DNA of 64,000 nucleotides from NCBI RefSeq assembly GCF_054482525.1, contig NZ_CM137006.1; one strand, 5' to 3'. Shown piece by piece: positions 14,767 to 25,182 of this stretch (position 1 is its first letter; each line of letters starts with the position of its first letter). The notes under the pieces were generated by a model. It saw only the letters and a program-made list of their open reading frames with translations, ran no database searches and was not told where the DNA came from. The position numbers and the translations under genes were made by a program.

Positions 14767-16296
14767 ATGTTATTACCCTGGTTAATACTAATCCCCTTTA
14801 TCGGCGGCTTCCTGTGCTGGCAGACCGAACGCTTTGGCGTCAAGGTGCCGCGCTGGATCGCGCTGATCACCATGGGATTGACGCTGGCGCTGTCGCTGCA
14901 ACTGTGGTTGCAGGGCGGTTATTCACTGACGCAATCCGCCGGAATTCCGCAGTGGCAGTCTGAATTCGACATGCCGTGGATCCCGCGTTTTGGTATCTCT
15001 ATCCATCTCGCCATTGACGGGCTATCGCTGCTGATGGTCGTGCTGACCGGTCTGCTCGGTGTGCTGGCGGTACTCTGTTCGTGGAAAGAGATCGAAAAAT
15101 ATCAGGGCTTCTTCCACCTCAACCTGATGTGGATCCTGGGCGGCGTTATCGGCGTGTTCCTTGCCATCGACATGTTCCTGTTCTTCTTCTTCTGGGAAAT
15201 GATGCTGGTGCCGATGTACTTCCTGATCGCACTGTGGGGGCATAAAGCCTCTGACGGTAAAACGCGTATCACGGCGGCAACCAAGTTCTTCATTTACACC
15301 CAGGCGAGTGGTCTGGTGATGTTGATCGCCATCCTGGCGCTGGTTTTTGTTCACTACAATGCGACTGGCGTCTGGACCTTCAACTATGAAGAGCTGCTGA
15401 ATACGCCAATGTCTAACGGCGTGGAATATTTGCTGATGCTGGGCTTCTTCATCGCGTTTGCGGTGAAAATGCCGGTGGTACCGCTGCATGGCTGGCTGCC
15501 GGATGCGCACTCACAGGCTCCGACCGCCGGTTCCGTGGACCTCGCGGGGATCTTGCTGAAAACCGCCGCTTACGGTCTGCTGCGTTTCTCCCTGCCGCTG
15601 TTCCCGAACGCGTCGGCAGAGTTCGCGCCAATCGCTATGTGGCTGGGTGTTATCGGCATCTTCTACGGTGCGTGGATGGCCTTCGCCCAGACCGATATCA
15701 AACGTCTGATCGCCTACACCTCGGTTTCCCACATGGGCTTCGTGCTGATTGCTATCTATACCGGCAGCCAGTTGGCCTACCAGGGCGCGGTAATCCAGAT
15801 GATTGCGCACGGCTTGTCGGCGGCGGGTCTGTTTATTCTCTGCGGTCAGCTTTATGAACGTATCCATACCCGCGACATGCGCATGATGGGCGGTCTGTGG
15901 AGCAAGATGAAATGGCTGCCAGCACTGTCACTGTTCTTTGCGGTGGCAACGCTTGGGATGCCTGGCACCGGTAACTTCGTCGGCGAATTTATGATTCTGT
16001 TCGGCAGCTTCCAGGTTGTCCCGGTGATTACCGTTATCTCTACCTTTGGGCTGGTCTTTGCATCTGTTTATTCGCTGGCGATGTTGCATCGCGCTTACTT
16101 CGGTAAAGCGAAAAGCCAGATTGCCAGCCAGGAACTGCCAGGGATGTCGCTGCGTGAGCTGTTTATGATCCTGTTGCTGGTGGTGCTGCTGGTACTGCTG
16201 GGCTTCTATCCGCAGCCGATTCTGGATACCTCGCATTCCGCGATTGGCAATATCCAGCAGTGGTTTGTTAATTCCGTTACTACTACAAGGCCGTAA
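14767..16296 (+). CDS. nuoM: NADH:quinone oxidoreductase subunit M
   Basis: 509-aa antiporter-like membrane subunit. Confidence 0.95.
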   Translation: MLLPWLILIPFIGGFLCWQTERFGVKVPRWIALITMGLTLALSLQLWLQGGYSLTQSAGIPQWQSEFDMPWIPRFGISIHLAIDGLSLLMVVLTGLLGVLAVLCSWKEIEKYQGFFHLNLMWILGGVIGVFLAIDMFLFFFFWEMMLVPMYFLIALWGHKASDGKTRITAATKFFIYTQASGLVMLIAILALVFVHYNATGVWTFNYEELLNTPMSNGVEYLLMLGFFIAFAVKMPVVPLHGWLPDAHSQAPTAGSVDLAGILLKTAAYGLLRFSLPLFPNASAEFAPIAMWLGVIGIFYGAWMAFAQTDIKRLIAYTSVSHMGFVLIAIYTGSQLAYQGAVIQMIAHGLSAAGLFILCGQLYERIHTRDMRMMGGLWSKMKWLPALSLFFAVATLGMPGTGNFVGEFMILFGSFQVVPVITVISTFGLVFASVYSLAMLHRAYFGKAKSQIASQELPGMSLRELFMILLLVVLLVLLGFYPQPILDTSHSAIGNIQQWFVNSVTTTRP

Positions 16297-16302
16297 ATCG
16301 CC

Positions 16303-17760
16303 ATGACAATAACTCCACAAAACCTGATCGCACTGCTACCGTTGCTGATCGTCGGCTTGACGGTGGTGGTTGTGATGCTCTCCATTGCGTGGCGACGCAA
16401 TCATTTCCTCAACGCTACGCTCTCGGTTATTGGGCTTAACGCGGCGCTGGTTTCGCTCTGGTTTGTCGGCCAGGCGGGCGCTATGGACGTTACGCCACTG
16501 ATGCGCGTTGATGGTTTCGCCATGCTTTACACCGGGCTGGTATTGTTGGCGAGCCTCGCCACCTGTACTTTCGCCTACCCGTGGCTTGAAGGCTATAACG
16601 ACAACAAGGACGAGTTCTACCTGTTGGTGTTAATTGCCGCGCTGGGCGGGATCCTGCTGGCGAATGCCAACCATCTGGCGTCTCTGTTCCTCGGTATCGA
16701 ACTGATCTCTTTGCCGCTGTTTGGCCTGGTCGGTTACGCTTTCCGCCAGAAACGTTCGCTGGAAGCCAGTATCAAATACACCATTCTCTCTGCCGCAGCG
16801 TCTTCTTTCCTGCTGTTTGGTATGGCGCTGGTGTATGCGCAGTCTGGCGACCTGTCGTTTGTCGCGCTGGGTAAAAACCTCGGCGACGGTATGCTCAACG
16901 AGCCGCTGTTGCTGGCAGGTTTCGGACTGATGATTGTTGGCCTCGGCTTCAAACTCTCTCTGGTGCCGTTCCACCTCTGGACGCCAGACGTATACCAGGG
17001 CGCGCCTGCGCCGGTTTCCACTTTCCTGGCGACGGCGAGCAAAATCGCTATCTTCGGTGTGGTGATGCGTCTGTTCCTCTACGCACCGGTGGGTGACAGC
17101 GAAGCGATTCGCGTGGTGCTGGCGATTATCGCCTTTGCCTCCATCATCTTCGGTAACCTGATGGCGCTGAGCCAGACCAATATCAAACGTCTGCTCGGTT
17201 ACTCATCTATCTCTCACCTCGGCTATCTGCTGGTGGCGCTGATTGCGCTGCAAACTGGCGAGATGTCGATGGAAGCGGTAGGGGTTTACCTGGCCGGTTA
17301 TCTGTTCAGCAGCCTAGGCGCGTTCGGCGTGGTCAGCCTGATGTCCAGCCCGTATCGTGGCCCGGATGCTGATTCCCTGTTCTCTTACCGCGGTCTGTTC
17401 TGGCATCGTCCGATCCTCGCGGCGGTGATGACGGTGATGATGCTGTCTCTGGCCGGTATCCCGATGACGCTGGGCTTTATCGGTAAGTTCTACGTGCTGG
17501 CGGTCGGTGTCCAGGCACACCTGTGGTGGCTGGTGGGTGCCGTGGTTGTCGGTTCGGCAATCGGCCTCTACTACTACCTGCGCGTGGCGGTGAGCCTGTA
17601 TCTTCACGCCCCGGAACAACCGGGTCGCGATGCACCATCAAACTGGCAGTACAGCGCGGGCGGTATCGTGGTGCTGATCTCTGCACTGTTGGTACTGGTG
17701 CTGGGTGTATGGCCACAACCGCTGATTAGCATTGTGCGGTTAGCCATGCCGCTGATGTAA
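16303..17760 (+). CDS. nuoN: NADH:quinone oxidoreductase subunit N
   Basis: 485-aa antiporter-like membrane subunit, last gene of the operon. Confidence 0.95.
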
Positions 17761-17784
17761 GCTGTCAGTTCGTAAGTCAGAAAG

Positions 17785-17811
17785 CCGCCGACATGTTCGG
17801 CGGTTTTTTTT
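17785..17811 (+). terminator. Rho-independent terminator after nuoN (may alternatively be the outermost hairpin of the adjacent IS200-like element)
   Basis: CCGCCGA / TCGGCGG stem with 5-nt loop followed by 8 T, 25 nt after the nuoN stop. Confidence 0.6.
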
Positions 17812-18490
17812 GTGCACAGAAAACCCCCAGCTAGGCTGGGGGTTCCGGAAAGCTTTCAGCTTTAAGCCAGTTATTAAAACCCCTTTTGATTTGTTAAAAC
17901 ACCTTGCGGTCTGGCAACTGCAAGTGTCAAACAAGAAATCAAAAGGGGGTCCCAATGGGGAACGAAAAGAGCTTAGCGCACACCCGATGGAACTGTAAAT
18001 ATCACATAGTTTTTGCGCCAAAATACCGAAGACAGGTGTTCTACAGAGAGAAGCGTAGAGCAATAGGCAGTATTTTGAGAAAGCTGTGTGAGTGGAAAAG
18101 TGTACGGATTCTGGAAGCTGAATGCTGTGCAGATCATATCCATATGCTTGTGGAGATCCCGCCCAAAATGAGCGTATCCGGCTTTATGGGATATCTGAAA
18201 GGGAAAAGCAGTCTGATGCTTTACGAGCAGTTTGGTGATTTGAAATTCAAATACAGGAACAGGGAGTTCTGGTGCAGAGGGTACTACGTCGATACGGTGG
18301 GTAAGAACACGGCGAAGATACAGGATTACATAAAGCACCAGCTTGAAGAGGATAAAATGGGAGAGCAGTTATCGATTCCCTATCCGGGCAGCCCGTTTAC
18401 GGGCCGTAAGTAACGAAGTTGGATGCAAATGTCAGATCGTGTGCGCCTGTTAGGGCGCGGCTGGTAAGAGAGCCTTATAGGCGCATTTGA
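17812..18490 (+). mobile_element. IS200-like insertion sequence (IS200/IS605 family, tnpA only); boundaries approximate
   Basis: Single 152-aa Y1 (HUH) transposase ORF preceded by a CCCCCAGC/GCTGGGGG hairpin (17824..17842) as described for IS200 left ends; element size about 0.7 kb; no terminal inverted repeats expected for this family; ends not verifiable without a reference. Confidence 0.6.
17955..18413 (+). CDS. tnpA: IS200-type transposase TnpA (Y1 HUH transposase)
   Basis: MGNEKSLAHTRWNCKYHIVFAPKYRRQVF ... HIHMLVEIPPK (HuH motif) ... RGYYVDTVG (catalytic Tyr region); a Shine-Dalgarno-like AAGGGGG precedes the ATG at 17955; the ORF track's longer ORF from 17904 is probably an upstream extension. 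Confidence 0.9.
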   Translation: MGNEKSLAHTRWNCKYHIVFAPKYRRQVFYREKRRAIGSILRKLCEWKSVRILEAECCADHIHMLVEIPPKMSVSGFMGYLKGKSSLMLYEQFGDLKFKYRNREFWCRGYYVDTVGKNTAKIQDYIKHQLEEDKMGEQLSIPYPGSPFTGRK

Positions 18491-18513
18491 AAAACCTCCG
18501 GCTATGCCGGAGG
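18489..18513 (-). terminator. Putative rho-independent terminator of yfbM
   Basis: On the minus strand, CCTCCGGC-ATA-GCCGGAGG hairpin followed by TTTTT, about 25 nt after the yfbM stop. Confidence 0.5.
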
Positions 18514-18537
18514 ATATTTATTGGTGCCCTGACCCCA

Positions 18538-19041
18538 TCACCCAACAATAACCGTCAGCGCATGATTCCCTTGTCGCAGCATACGTCGATACGCACTAAT
18601 CAGCTTTTCCATATCAAGCATGATCGAAGCAAAGAGTTGCCCCTCTAACTCTTCTGAAAAAGTCACACCAGGGTAAATCTCCATTTCATTGAGTCGTTTA
18701 ATGGAAAACTGTTTACGCAGCTCACTTCGATCCAGAGCTTCCAGTCGGTCGATTGTCGCGGCTAACTCCTGATTCCAGGTCAATCCCAGGAAGCCATCTA
18801 TGCCATCTTCGAGGTTGTGTTCACCAAGCACGGCACGACTCAGCGGATCATTCTTCGCGGGATCAAAAGCAGAGGTGCCTGTCAGGCCAAAATGTAAAAA
18901 ATCCCAGCGTTTATCAATATCCAGTCGGTGTAATCCTGAAAGCGTGTCATGAATATTGTCCATTAAGGGTTTTTCAGTAGACTCAAGCAGTTGGTTAATC
19001 TTTTCTGAGTCAATTTCTGCAAAATAGCCAATCATTCCCAT
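18538..19041 (-). CDS. yfbM: DUF1877-family protein YfbM
   Basis: 167-aa ORF matching YfbM as recalled; synteny with yfbL. Confidence 0.85.
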   Translation of the reverse strand: MGMIGYFAEIDSEKINQLLESTEKPLMDNIHDTLSGLHRLDIDKRWDFLHFGLTGTSAFDPAKNDPLSRAVLGEHNLEDGIDGFLGLTWNQELAATIDRLEALDRSELRKQFSIKRLNEMEIYPGVTFSEELEGQLFASIMLDMEKLISAYRRMLRQGNHALTVIVG

Positions 19042-19143
19042 TTTATTTTCCTCCGTTGAATTTCATGTTTCGCATCTTAAAACAGACGAGGGAAAATAAA
19101 ATGTACATGTCGCTTTTTCTGGACTCGCCTCGAGAAATTTTTA

Positions 19144-20115
19144 TTATTTACTGTTGTATAACAAAGTTATAACCCCATCCACTACCTGAGCCATTTTCTG
19201 ATAATTTAATCTGTCTGCGGTATCACCGGGCAAGTGGTATTGTTTATTACGATAAAAAGCGGTGTCGGTAATCATTACGGCGGGAATATCGTGTTGCCAA
19301 TAATTAAGGTGATCAGAGAAATCAATACCGGGAATAAACCCTGGGGCATTCATAGAATAAACAGATAAATCCCGGGATGACAACAATGCCGCTTTTACCT
19401 GACGAACGGCGTTGATATCCTGCATTCTGCCGACCACGGCAATAAAGTCTCCCCGATCGGGATAAAGCCAGGACATTGCCGGGTAAGGGTAATCCTGACT
19501 ACCAGGCGCAGAGTCGTAATAGCCAATCATCTCCAGCGCTATCATTAATCTCACTGGACGCTCAAGCGAAGCTGCATGTACCGCGCTCCCCATTTCATCG
19601 CTACGAAAGAAGGGCGGTTCTTCCGACGCATAGGCGACCAGCTGCACGCCAGTTTTCGGTGCTTGCTGCTGTAACAAACGTGCCAGTTCGAGTAATCCTG
19701 CCACGCCACTGGCGTTATCATCCGCGCCCGGCGTATAGGTCAATTGATCGTTTTCATAACTGCTGGCAGAGTCATAGTGCGCACCAATAATAATCAGCGG
19801 TCCATCGGCAGGACCATAATCAGCAACAATGTTTTTGTAGGGGCCACCCGCAATGGGGACGTCCTGCGAGGTAACTCTGGCACCGCTACTGACAAAGACC
19901 TCTTTTATATACTCTGCGGACCTATTCAGATTATCAATATTGTCGGCACTACGTGGATGCACAGTTTGTGTAAGATAACGAACTGTTTTTTCTAATTGCT
20001 CAGGACTTGCGTGTCGGGGCGTTGACGGTAATGCATTGACCCAAGGTTGGCAAAAAATAATCAGAGGGAGTGATAGTAGTAATGATATAAAACAAAGAGG
20101 TGTTATTTTTTTCAT
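19144..20115 (-). CDS. yfbL: Secreted M28-family peptidase-like protein YfbL
   Basis: 323 aa with N-terminal signal peptide (MKKITPLCFISLLLSLPLIIFC); aminopeptidase-like; synteny. Confidence 0.85.
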   Translation of the reverse strand: MKKITPLCFISLLLSLPLIIFCQPWVNALPSTPRHASPEQLEKTVRYLTQTVHPRSADNIDNLNRSAEYIKEVFVSSGARVTSQDVPIAGGPYKNIVADYGPADGPLIIIGAHYDSASSYENDQLTYTPGADDNASGVAGLLELARLLQQQAPKTGVQLVAYASEEPPFFRSDEMGSAVHAASLERPVRLMIALEMIGYYDSAPGSQDYPYPAMSWLYPDRGDFIAVVGRMQDINAVRQVKAALLSSRDLSVYSMNAPGFIPGIDFSDHLNYWQHDIPAVMITDTAFYRNKQYHLPGDTADRLNYQKMAQVVDGVITLLYNSK

Positions 20116-20454
20116 ATGTAAATTATCAATAAAAGGCGTTATTTCATTATTATTTATAATGAGTTATGAGTATTTATTTTATTACGGTTGGTAGGAATAT
20201 ACAAAAAGTATTTTTTCAGTTGGTTCGCTATTTTAAAAAGGAATTCATATAAGAAATAAAAAATAAGTATGTTATTTATTGGTAGATTGAATTGACAGGG
20301 TGCAGAAATCTGAGGGTAAGAAAAATCAGCAACAACAATTCACTACATCAACAGACCAGCAATCGAGTGCCGCGATACGCTGGAAATACCCGCAGATTGA
20401 ACTGGCGGGTGGTGTGACTGGCATCAGTCAGTGATGACTTTTTAGCAAACTATG

Positions 20455-20488
20455 TTCGACCAGTCAGCATATTTACTGACTGGTCGAA
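20455..20488. repeat. Perfect 13-bp inverted repeat with 8-nt loop
   Basis: TTCGACCAGTCAG - CATATTTA - CTGACTGGTCGAA read directly from the sequence; lies 42 bp beyond the elaD stop in the elaD-yfbL spacer. Confidence 0.8.
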
Positions 20489-20529
20489 TTAATTGACAAT
20501 GATGTTAACTTACTCTTTTTCCTGATGCT

Positions 20530-21729
20530 CTATTTTTTGGGTTGTGAATATTTTATTTCTAAGTTTCTATAATAATGATTGATATTTGCATCGCCATATT
20601 TATCTAAATAACAATTTCTGTTTATCAGTCGATGTTGAAAATCAATTTCGTACTGCTCTTCTGCTGAATATTTTTTAAATCTGTCAGCATAGTTTTTTAA
20701 TAACGTATAGGGAGCGCTGTCAGAATTGCTTTCCCTTTGTTCAATTACTTCTTTGGCTGCCATGCACACAAATGCACCGCAACTTTGGCTTAAATATTGC
20801 TGAAGATCGGCATGTAAAAATATTATCTCGGGTTCAGTTAAATGATCTGTTATATTATCATTATTCGGCATTTCCCCCATGAATTTAGAATTGAAACTAT
20901 TAATGACACGCTTAAGTGAATTTTCTTTATCATGGCCTAGTGCACGTAATGAGTTGAATATGACGCATTTTATTTGTTGTGTGTTATTTTTTTCATTTAC
21001 TATTTTCTGTAGCGAAACTAATATCCAGTGTCCGCCAGTATTTATGGGGAATAACTGGACTTCATTCGGCCATGATGGATCGCTCTTAATATTTTCATTG
21101 AGCGCGATTTCCAGGTAAGTGCTGTTGGAATCGGGGAGATAGAGACCAGTAGGATAATTGACTTGAGTATTATTTGCATTAGCGGCGATCTTCTGAAGAT
21201 AGCAATCTATTTCATCCGTGGTTAATTGACGATTTTTATCCCAGAAGTTTGTACCATCGCTCAGTTCATTATTCTTATCATTTAAAAGTACCTTTGAAAG
21301 CGACTGTTTTTCAGATATAAGAGGAATATCATCACCGATAATTGTCATTAATTTTGACGGGGAGAATAGCTTTTTGAACAGGAGATCATCTGAATTGTCC
21401 GGACCAGCTGGTTTAAGGGGGGAGTTGGTTGCGGCATGCGCCAAATTATATAATTTTAAACAGGCATTTTTAATAAGTCGGATAATCGATAGGGTCTCAT
21501 TTGTTGGGTTTCTAACAATATGGTAAAGAATATCTTCAGCTTTTTTCCCAAATTCATCATAACCTAACGCAATGTTATGCAGTAACTCAATACTTTCTTC
21601 ATCTCCGGATAACGCTGTTTTTTTTAAAGACTGCAGTAATTCCTCGGTCACAGTAAATTTTTCTGCAAATGTCTGACAGAGTTGGGTTTGAGATAATTGA
21701 CAATAATTGCTGACAACTGTAACCATCAT
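20530..21729 (-). CDS. elaD: ElaD-like deubiquitinase/deSUMOylase-type cysteine protease (CE clan, ULP/SseL-like)
   Basis: 399-aa ORF with His (GGHWILVSL) and Cys ([12 protein letters not shown]) catalytic-type motifs in the order typical of Ulp1-like proteases; position next to rbn matches elaD; start may be the second ATG (21726). Confidence 0.8.
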   Translation of the reverse strand: MMVTVVSNYCQLSQTQLCQTFAEKFTVTEELLQSLKKTALSGDEESIELLHNIALGYDEFGKKAEDILYHIVRNPTNETLSIIRLIKNACLKLYNLAHAATNSPLKPAGPDNSDDLLFKKLFSPSKLMTIIGDDIPLISEKQSLSKVLLNDKNNELSDGTNFWDKNRQLTTDEIDCYLQKIAANANNTQVNYPTGLYLPDSNSTYLEIALNENIKSDPSWPNEVQLFPINTGGHWILVSLQKIVNEKNNTQQIKCVIFNSLRALGHDKENSLKRVINSFNSKFMGEMPNNDNITDHLTEPEIIFLHADLQQYLSQSCGAFVCMAAKEVIEQRESNSDSAPYTLLKNYADRFKKYSAEEQYEIDFQHRLINRNCYLDKYGDANINHYYRNLEIKYSQPKK

Positions 21730-21916
21730 AGGCTCCTTTTAGTTGCAAAGGTTGTGCTGAATGAAGATAAAAAGAGGCAACTTATTGCTCTGAATATAGT
21801 GCGTGAGGAGATGAATAAATATCAAAAATCGCTCAATATGCCCGTGTGGGTGGATATATGTAGCGCGGGTTGCGATAACAGGGCAAGTTTCGCCCTGTTT
21901 TTAATAATAAGCAGAG

Positions 21917-22834
21917 TTAAACGTTAAACACGGTGAAATCATTCGCCAGTTCAGTCGCCGGGAAAATTGACCGACATTCACGTAACAGGTGCTGACAACC
22001 TTTGTCATCATAGCGCGAGCTGACGTGGGTAATGATTAGCTTACCGACTCCAGCCTCACGGGCCAGTGTCGCAGCCTGGCGTGTAGAGCTGTGGCCGCGA
22101 CTATTGGCTTTGGCTTCCATGGTTATATCCAACGTCGCTTCGTGCACCATGACATCGACGCCTTTAGCCAGGTCAAGTGCGGCATCGCAGGGGCCGGTAT
22201 CGCCGAAAATAGCGAGCGCTTTACCTGGCACTGGAGCGGCTAAGTAATCTGCGCCGTTAATCTGCCTTCCATCTTCCAGTATGATTGTTTTGCCCGCTTT
22301 TAATGCCTGAAACAGTGGGCCAGGCGGCACGCCAGCAGCTTTTAATGCCTGGGCATTTAATGCACCCGGTTTATCATGTTCTTCAATACGATAGCCATAG
22401 CATTCCAGTGGGTGTTCCAGCGGATAAGCGGTCACTTTGCGCAGGCCATCATCGAAAATTTCGCCAGCGCCGATTTCGACAATTTCCAGCGGATAATCGG
22501 TCCATGAGCCGCTAATCCGCAGCGCGGTCTCCACAAATTCACGGATACCTTGCGGACCATAAATCGTTAAGGGTTGGATAATGCCTGACATAGAACGACT
22601 GCACAGTAAGCCGGGTAATCCAAAGAGATGATCGCCATGAAGGTGACTGATAAAAATCTTGTCCAGTTTTCCAGGGTTAAAGGGGGTATGCAGTAGCTGA
22701 TGCTGGGTGCCTTCACCGCAGTCAAATAACCAAAGTCCGCTCTGGGTCGGATGTTGCAGGTTAAGCAATATTGCCGTGACATTGCGCGTACGGGTTGGCA
22801 CACCGGCTGAAGTACCTAAAAAAATTAATTCCAT
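21917..22834 (-). CDS. rbn: Ribonuclease BN / RNase Z (metallo-beta-lactamase fold)
   Basis: [23 protein letters not shown] ... HLHGDH motif; 305 aa from the ATG at 22834 (the ORF track extends to 22852 with a non-ATG start). Confidence 0.9.
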   Translation of the reverse strand: MELIFLGTSAGVPTRTRNVTAILLNLQHPTQSGLWLFDCGEGTQHQLLHTPFNPGKLDKIFISHLHGDHLFGLPGLLCSRSMSGIIQPLTIYGPQGIREFVETALRISGSWTDYPLEIVEIGAGEIFDDGLRKVTAYPLEHPLECYGYRIEEHDKPGALNAQALKAAGVPPGPLFQALKAGKTIILEDGRQINGADYLAAPVPGKALAIFGDTGPCDAALDLAKGVDVMVHEATLDITMEAKANSRGHSSTRQAATLAREAGVGKLIITHVSSRYDDKGCQHLLRECRSIFPATELANDFTVFNV

Positions 22835-22898
22835 GAGTTCATCACGTTTCAAAAAATATTCCGGCTAGTATAAGTCATACATCTAAAAGGAGAGCATT

Positions 22899-23360
22899 AT
22901 GATTGAATGGCAAGATCTGCATCACTCTGAATTATCGGTTTCCCAGCTTTATGCCTTATTACAACTGCGTTGCGCGGTGTTTGTTGTTGAGCAGAATTGC
23001 CCTTATCAGGATATCGATGGTGATGATTTGACGAGGGATAATCGCCATATTCTCGGTTGGAAAAATGATGAACTGGTGGCGTATGCGAGGATTCTGAAAA
23101 GTGATGATGATCTTGATCCGGTCGTTATTGGTCGGGTGATTGTTAGTGAAGCGTTGCGTGGCGAAAAAGTGGGGCAGCAGCTGATGAGTAAAACACTCGA
23201 AACATGTACGCGTCACTGGCCTGATAAACCTGTTTACCTCGGGGCGCAGGCGCATCTGCAAAACTTCTACCAGAGTTTTGGCTTTATCCCTGTGACGGAG
23301 GTCTATGAAGAAGATGGTATCCCACACATCGGGATGGCACGCGAGGTAATTCAGGCGTAA
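22899..23360 (+). CDS. elaA: GNAT-family N-acetyltransferase ElaA
   Basis: 153 aa, acetyltransferase fold; divergent from rbn. Confidence 0.9.
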   Translation: MIEWQDLHHSELSVSQLYALLQLRCAVFVVEQNCPYQDIDGDDLTRDNRHILGWKNDELVAYARILKSDDDLDPVVIGRVIVSEALRGEKVGQQLMSKTLETCTRHWPDKPVYLGAQAHLQNFYQSFGFIPVTEVYEEDGIPHIGMAREVIQA

Positions 23361-23414
23361 TCAATAACCCTTGTCTATAGTTAGTGACAGGTTTTACGCA
23401 AATGGAGAACGAGA

Positions 23415-23720
23415 ATGTCTAATCAGTTTGGTGATACACGTATCGATGATGACCTGACGCTGCTTAGTGAAACACTGGAAGAGGTGCTCCGCTCCTCTGG
23501 CGATCCCGCCGATCAGAAATATGTTGAGCTGAAAGCGCGTGCAGAAAAAGCGCTGGATGATGTGAAAAAACGGGTTAGCCAGGCTTCAGACAGTTATTAC
23601 TATCGGGCGAAGCAGGCTGTTTATCGTGCTGATGACTACGTCCACGAAAAACCCTGGCAAGGAATTGGTGTGGGCGCGGCCGTTGGGCTGGTACTAGGAC
23701 TGTTGCTGGCACGCCGTTAA
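23415..23720 (+). CDS. elaB: Tail-anchored inner-membrane protein ElaB (DUF883)
   Basis: 101 aa with C-terminal hydrophobic anchor (GIGVGAAVGLVLGLLLARR). Confidence 0.9.
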   Translation: MSNQFGDTRIDDDLTLLSETLEEVLRSSGDPADQKYVELKARAEKALDDVKKRVSQASDSYYYRAKQAVYRADDYVHEKPWQGIGVGAAVGLVLGLLLARR

Positions 23721-23798
23721 AACCTCCCTACACCGGGGTACTGCATTTTTTTTGTAGTACCCCGTATAATGTGAGGCTTTTAACAGGGAGAGGTCCGC

Positions 23799-25094
23799 GT
23801 GCAATCACTTACTACGGCGCTGGAAAATCTACTGCGCCATTTGTCGCAAGAGATTCCGGCGACACCCGGCATTCGGGTTATCGATATTCCTTTCCCTCTC
23901 AAAGACGCTTTTGATGCCTTGAGCTGGCTGGCTAGTCAGCAAACGTACCCGCAATTCTACTGGCAACAACGTAATGGTGATGAAGAAGCTGCCGTCCTGG
24001 GCGCGATTACCCGTTTTACGTCGTTGGACCAGGCACAACGTTTTCTTCGCCAGCACCCGGAACACGCCGACTTACGCATTTGGGGGCTGAATGCGTTTGA
24101 CCCGTCGCAGGGTAATTTACTTTTACCACGCCTCGAATGGCGACGTTGTGGCGGTAAAGCCACGCTGCGGCTGACGCTATTCAGCGAAAGCTCCCTTCAG
24201 CATGATGCGATTAAGGCAAAAGAATTTATCGCCACACTGGTGAGTATTAAACCCTTGCCTGGGTTACATTTAACCACCACCCGAGAACAACACTGGCCGG
24301 ACAAAACGGGCTGGACGCAATTAATCGAACTGGCAACGAAAACCATCGCCGAAGGTGAGCTCGACAAAGTGGTGCTTGCTCGGGCAACTGACCTGCATTT
24401 CGCAAGTCCGGTCAATGCGGCAGCGATGATGGCTGCCAGTCGTCGGCTCAATCTGAATTGCTACCATTTTTACATGGCCTTTGATGGCGAAAATGCTTTT
24501 CTTGGTTCTTCACCGGAACGGTTATGGCGGCGGCGTGACAAAGCGCTGCGTACCGAAGCGCTGGCGGGAACGGTAGCAAATCATCCTGATGATAAGCAGG
24601 CGCAGCAGTTAGGTGAGTGGCTGATGGCGGATGATAAAAACCAGCGCGAGAACATGTTGGTGGTGGAGGATATCTGCCAACGATTACAGGCCGATACCCA
24701 AACGCTGGATGTTTTACCGCCGCAGGTACTGCGTCTGCGTAAAGTGCAGCATCTTCGCCGCTGTATCTGGACTTCACTCAACAAAGCGGATGATGTGATC
24801 TGTTTACATCAGTTGCAGCCAACGGCAGCAGTTGCTGGCTTACCGCGCGATCTGGCGCGACAGTTTATCGCCCGTCACGAACCGTTCACCCGAGAATGGT
24901 ACGCCGGTTCTGCGGGCTATCTCTCTTTACAACAAAGCGAATTCTGCGTTTCCCTGCGCTCAGCAAAAATCAGTGGCAATGTCGTGCGACTATATGCTGG
25001 CGCGGGCATTGTCCGTGGTTCCGACCCCGAGCAAGAGTGGCAGGAAATCGACAACAAAGCGGCAGGGCTGCGTACTTTATTACAAATGGAATAG
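23799..25094 (+). CDS. menF: Isochorismate synthase MenF
   Basis: 431 aa, GTG start, chorismate-binding family; first gene of a colinear men cluster. Confidence 0.92.
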   Translation: MQSLTTALENLLRHLSQEIPATPGIRVIDIPFPLKDAFDALSWLASQQTYPQFYWQQRNGDEEAAVLGAITRFTSLDQAQRFLRQHPEHADLRIWGLNAFDPSQGNLLLPRLEWRRCGGKATLRLTLFSESSLQHDAIKAKEFIATLVSIKPLPGLHLTTTREQHWPDKTGWTQLIELATKTIAEGELDKVVLARATDLHFASPVNAAAMMAASRRLNLNCYHFYMAFDGENAFLGSSPERLWRRRDKALRTEALAGTVANHPDDKQAQQLGEWLMADDKNQRENMLVVEDICQRLQADTQTLDVLPPQVLRLRKVQHLRRCIWTSLNKADDVICLHQLQPTAAVAGLPRDLARQFIARHEPFTREWYAGSAGYLSLQQSEFCVSLRSAKISGNVVRLYAGAGIVRGSDPEQEWQEIDNKAAGLRTLLQME

Positions 25095-25182
25095 TAATGA
25101 GTCGCATCATTACCGATTCATATCAATAATCTATTTCTGTAGCTCCTTATACTTAGCCGCAATATTGATACCGGACAAACTC

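Noticed and set aside
17785-17811. Considered assigning this hairpin to the IS200 left end rather than to nuoN
   Set aside because: Cannot be decided from sequence alone; kept as the nuoN terminator because it is a canonical stem plus T-tract directly after the stop codon, with the alternative noted in the feature.
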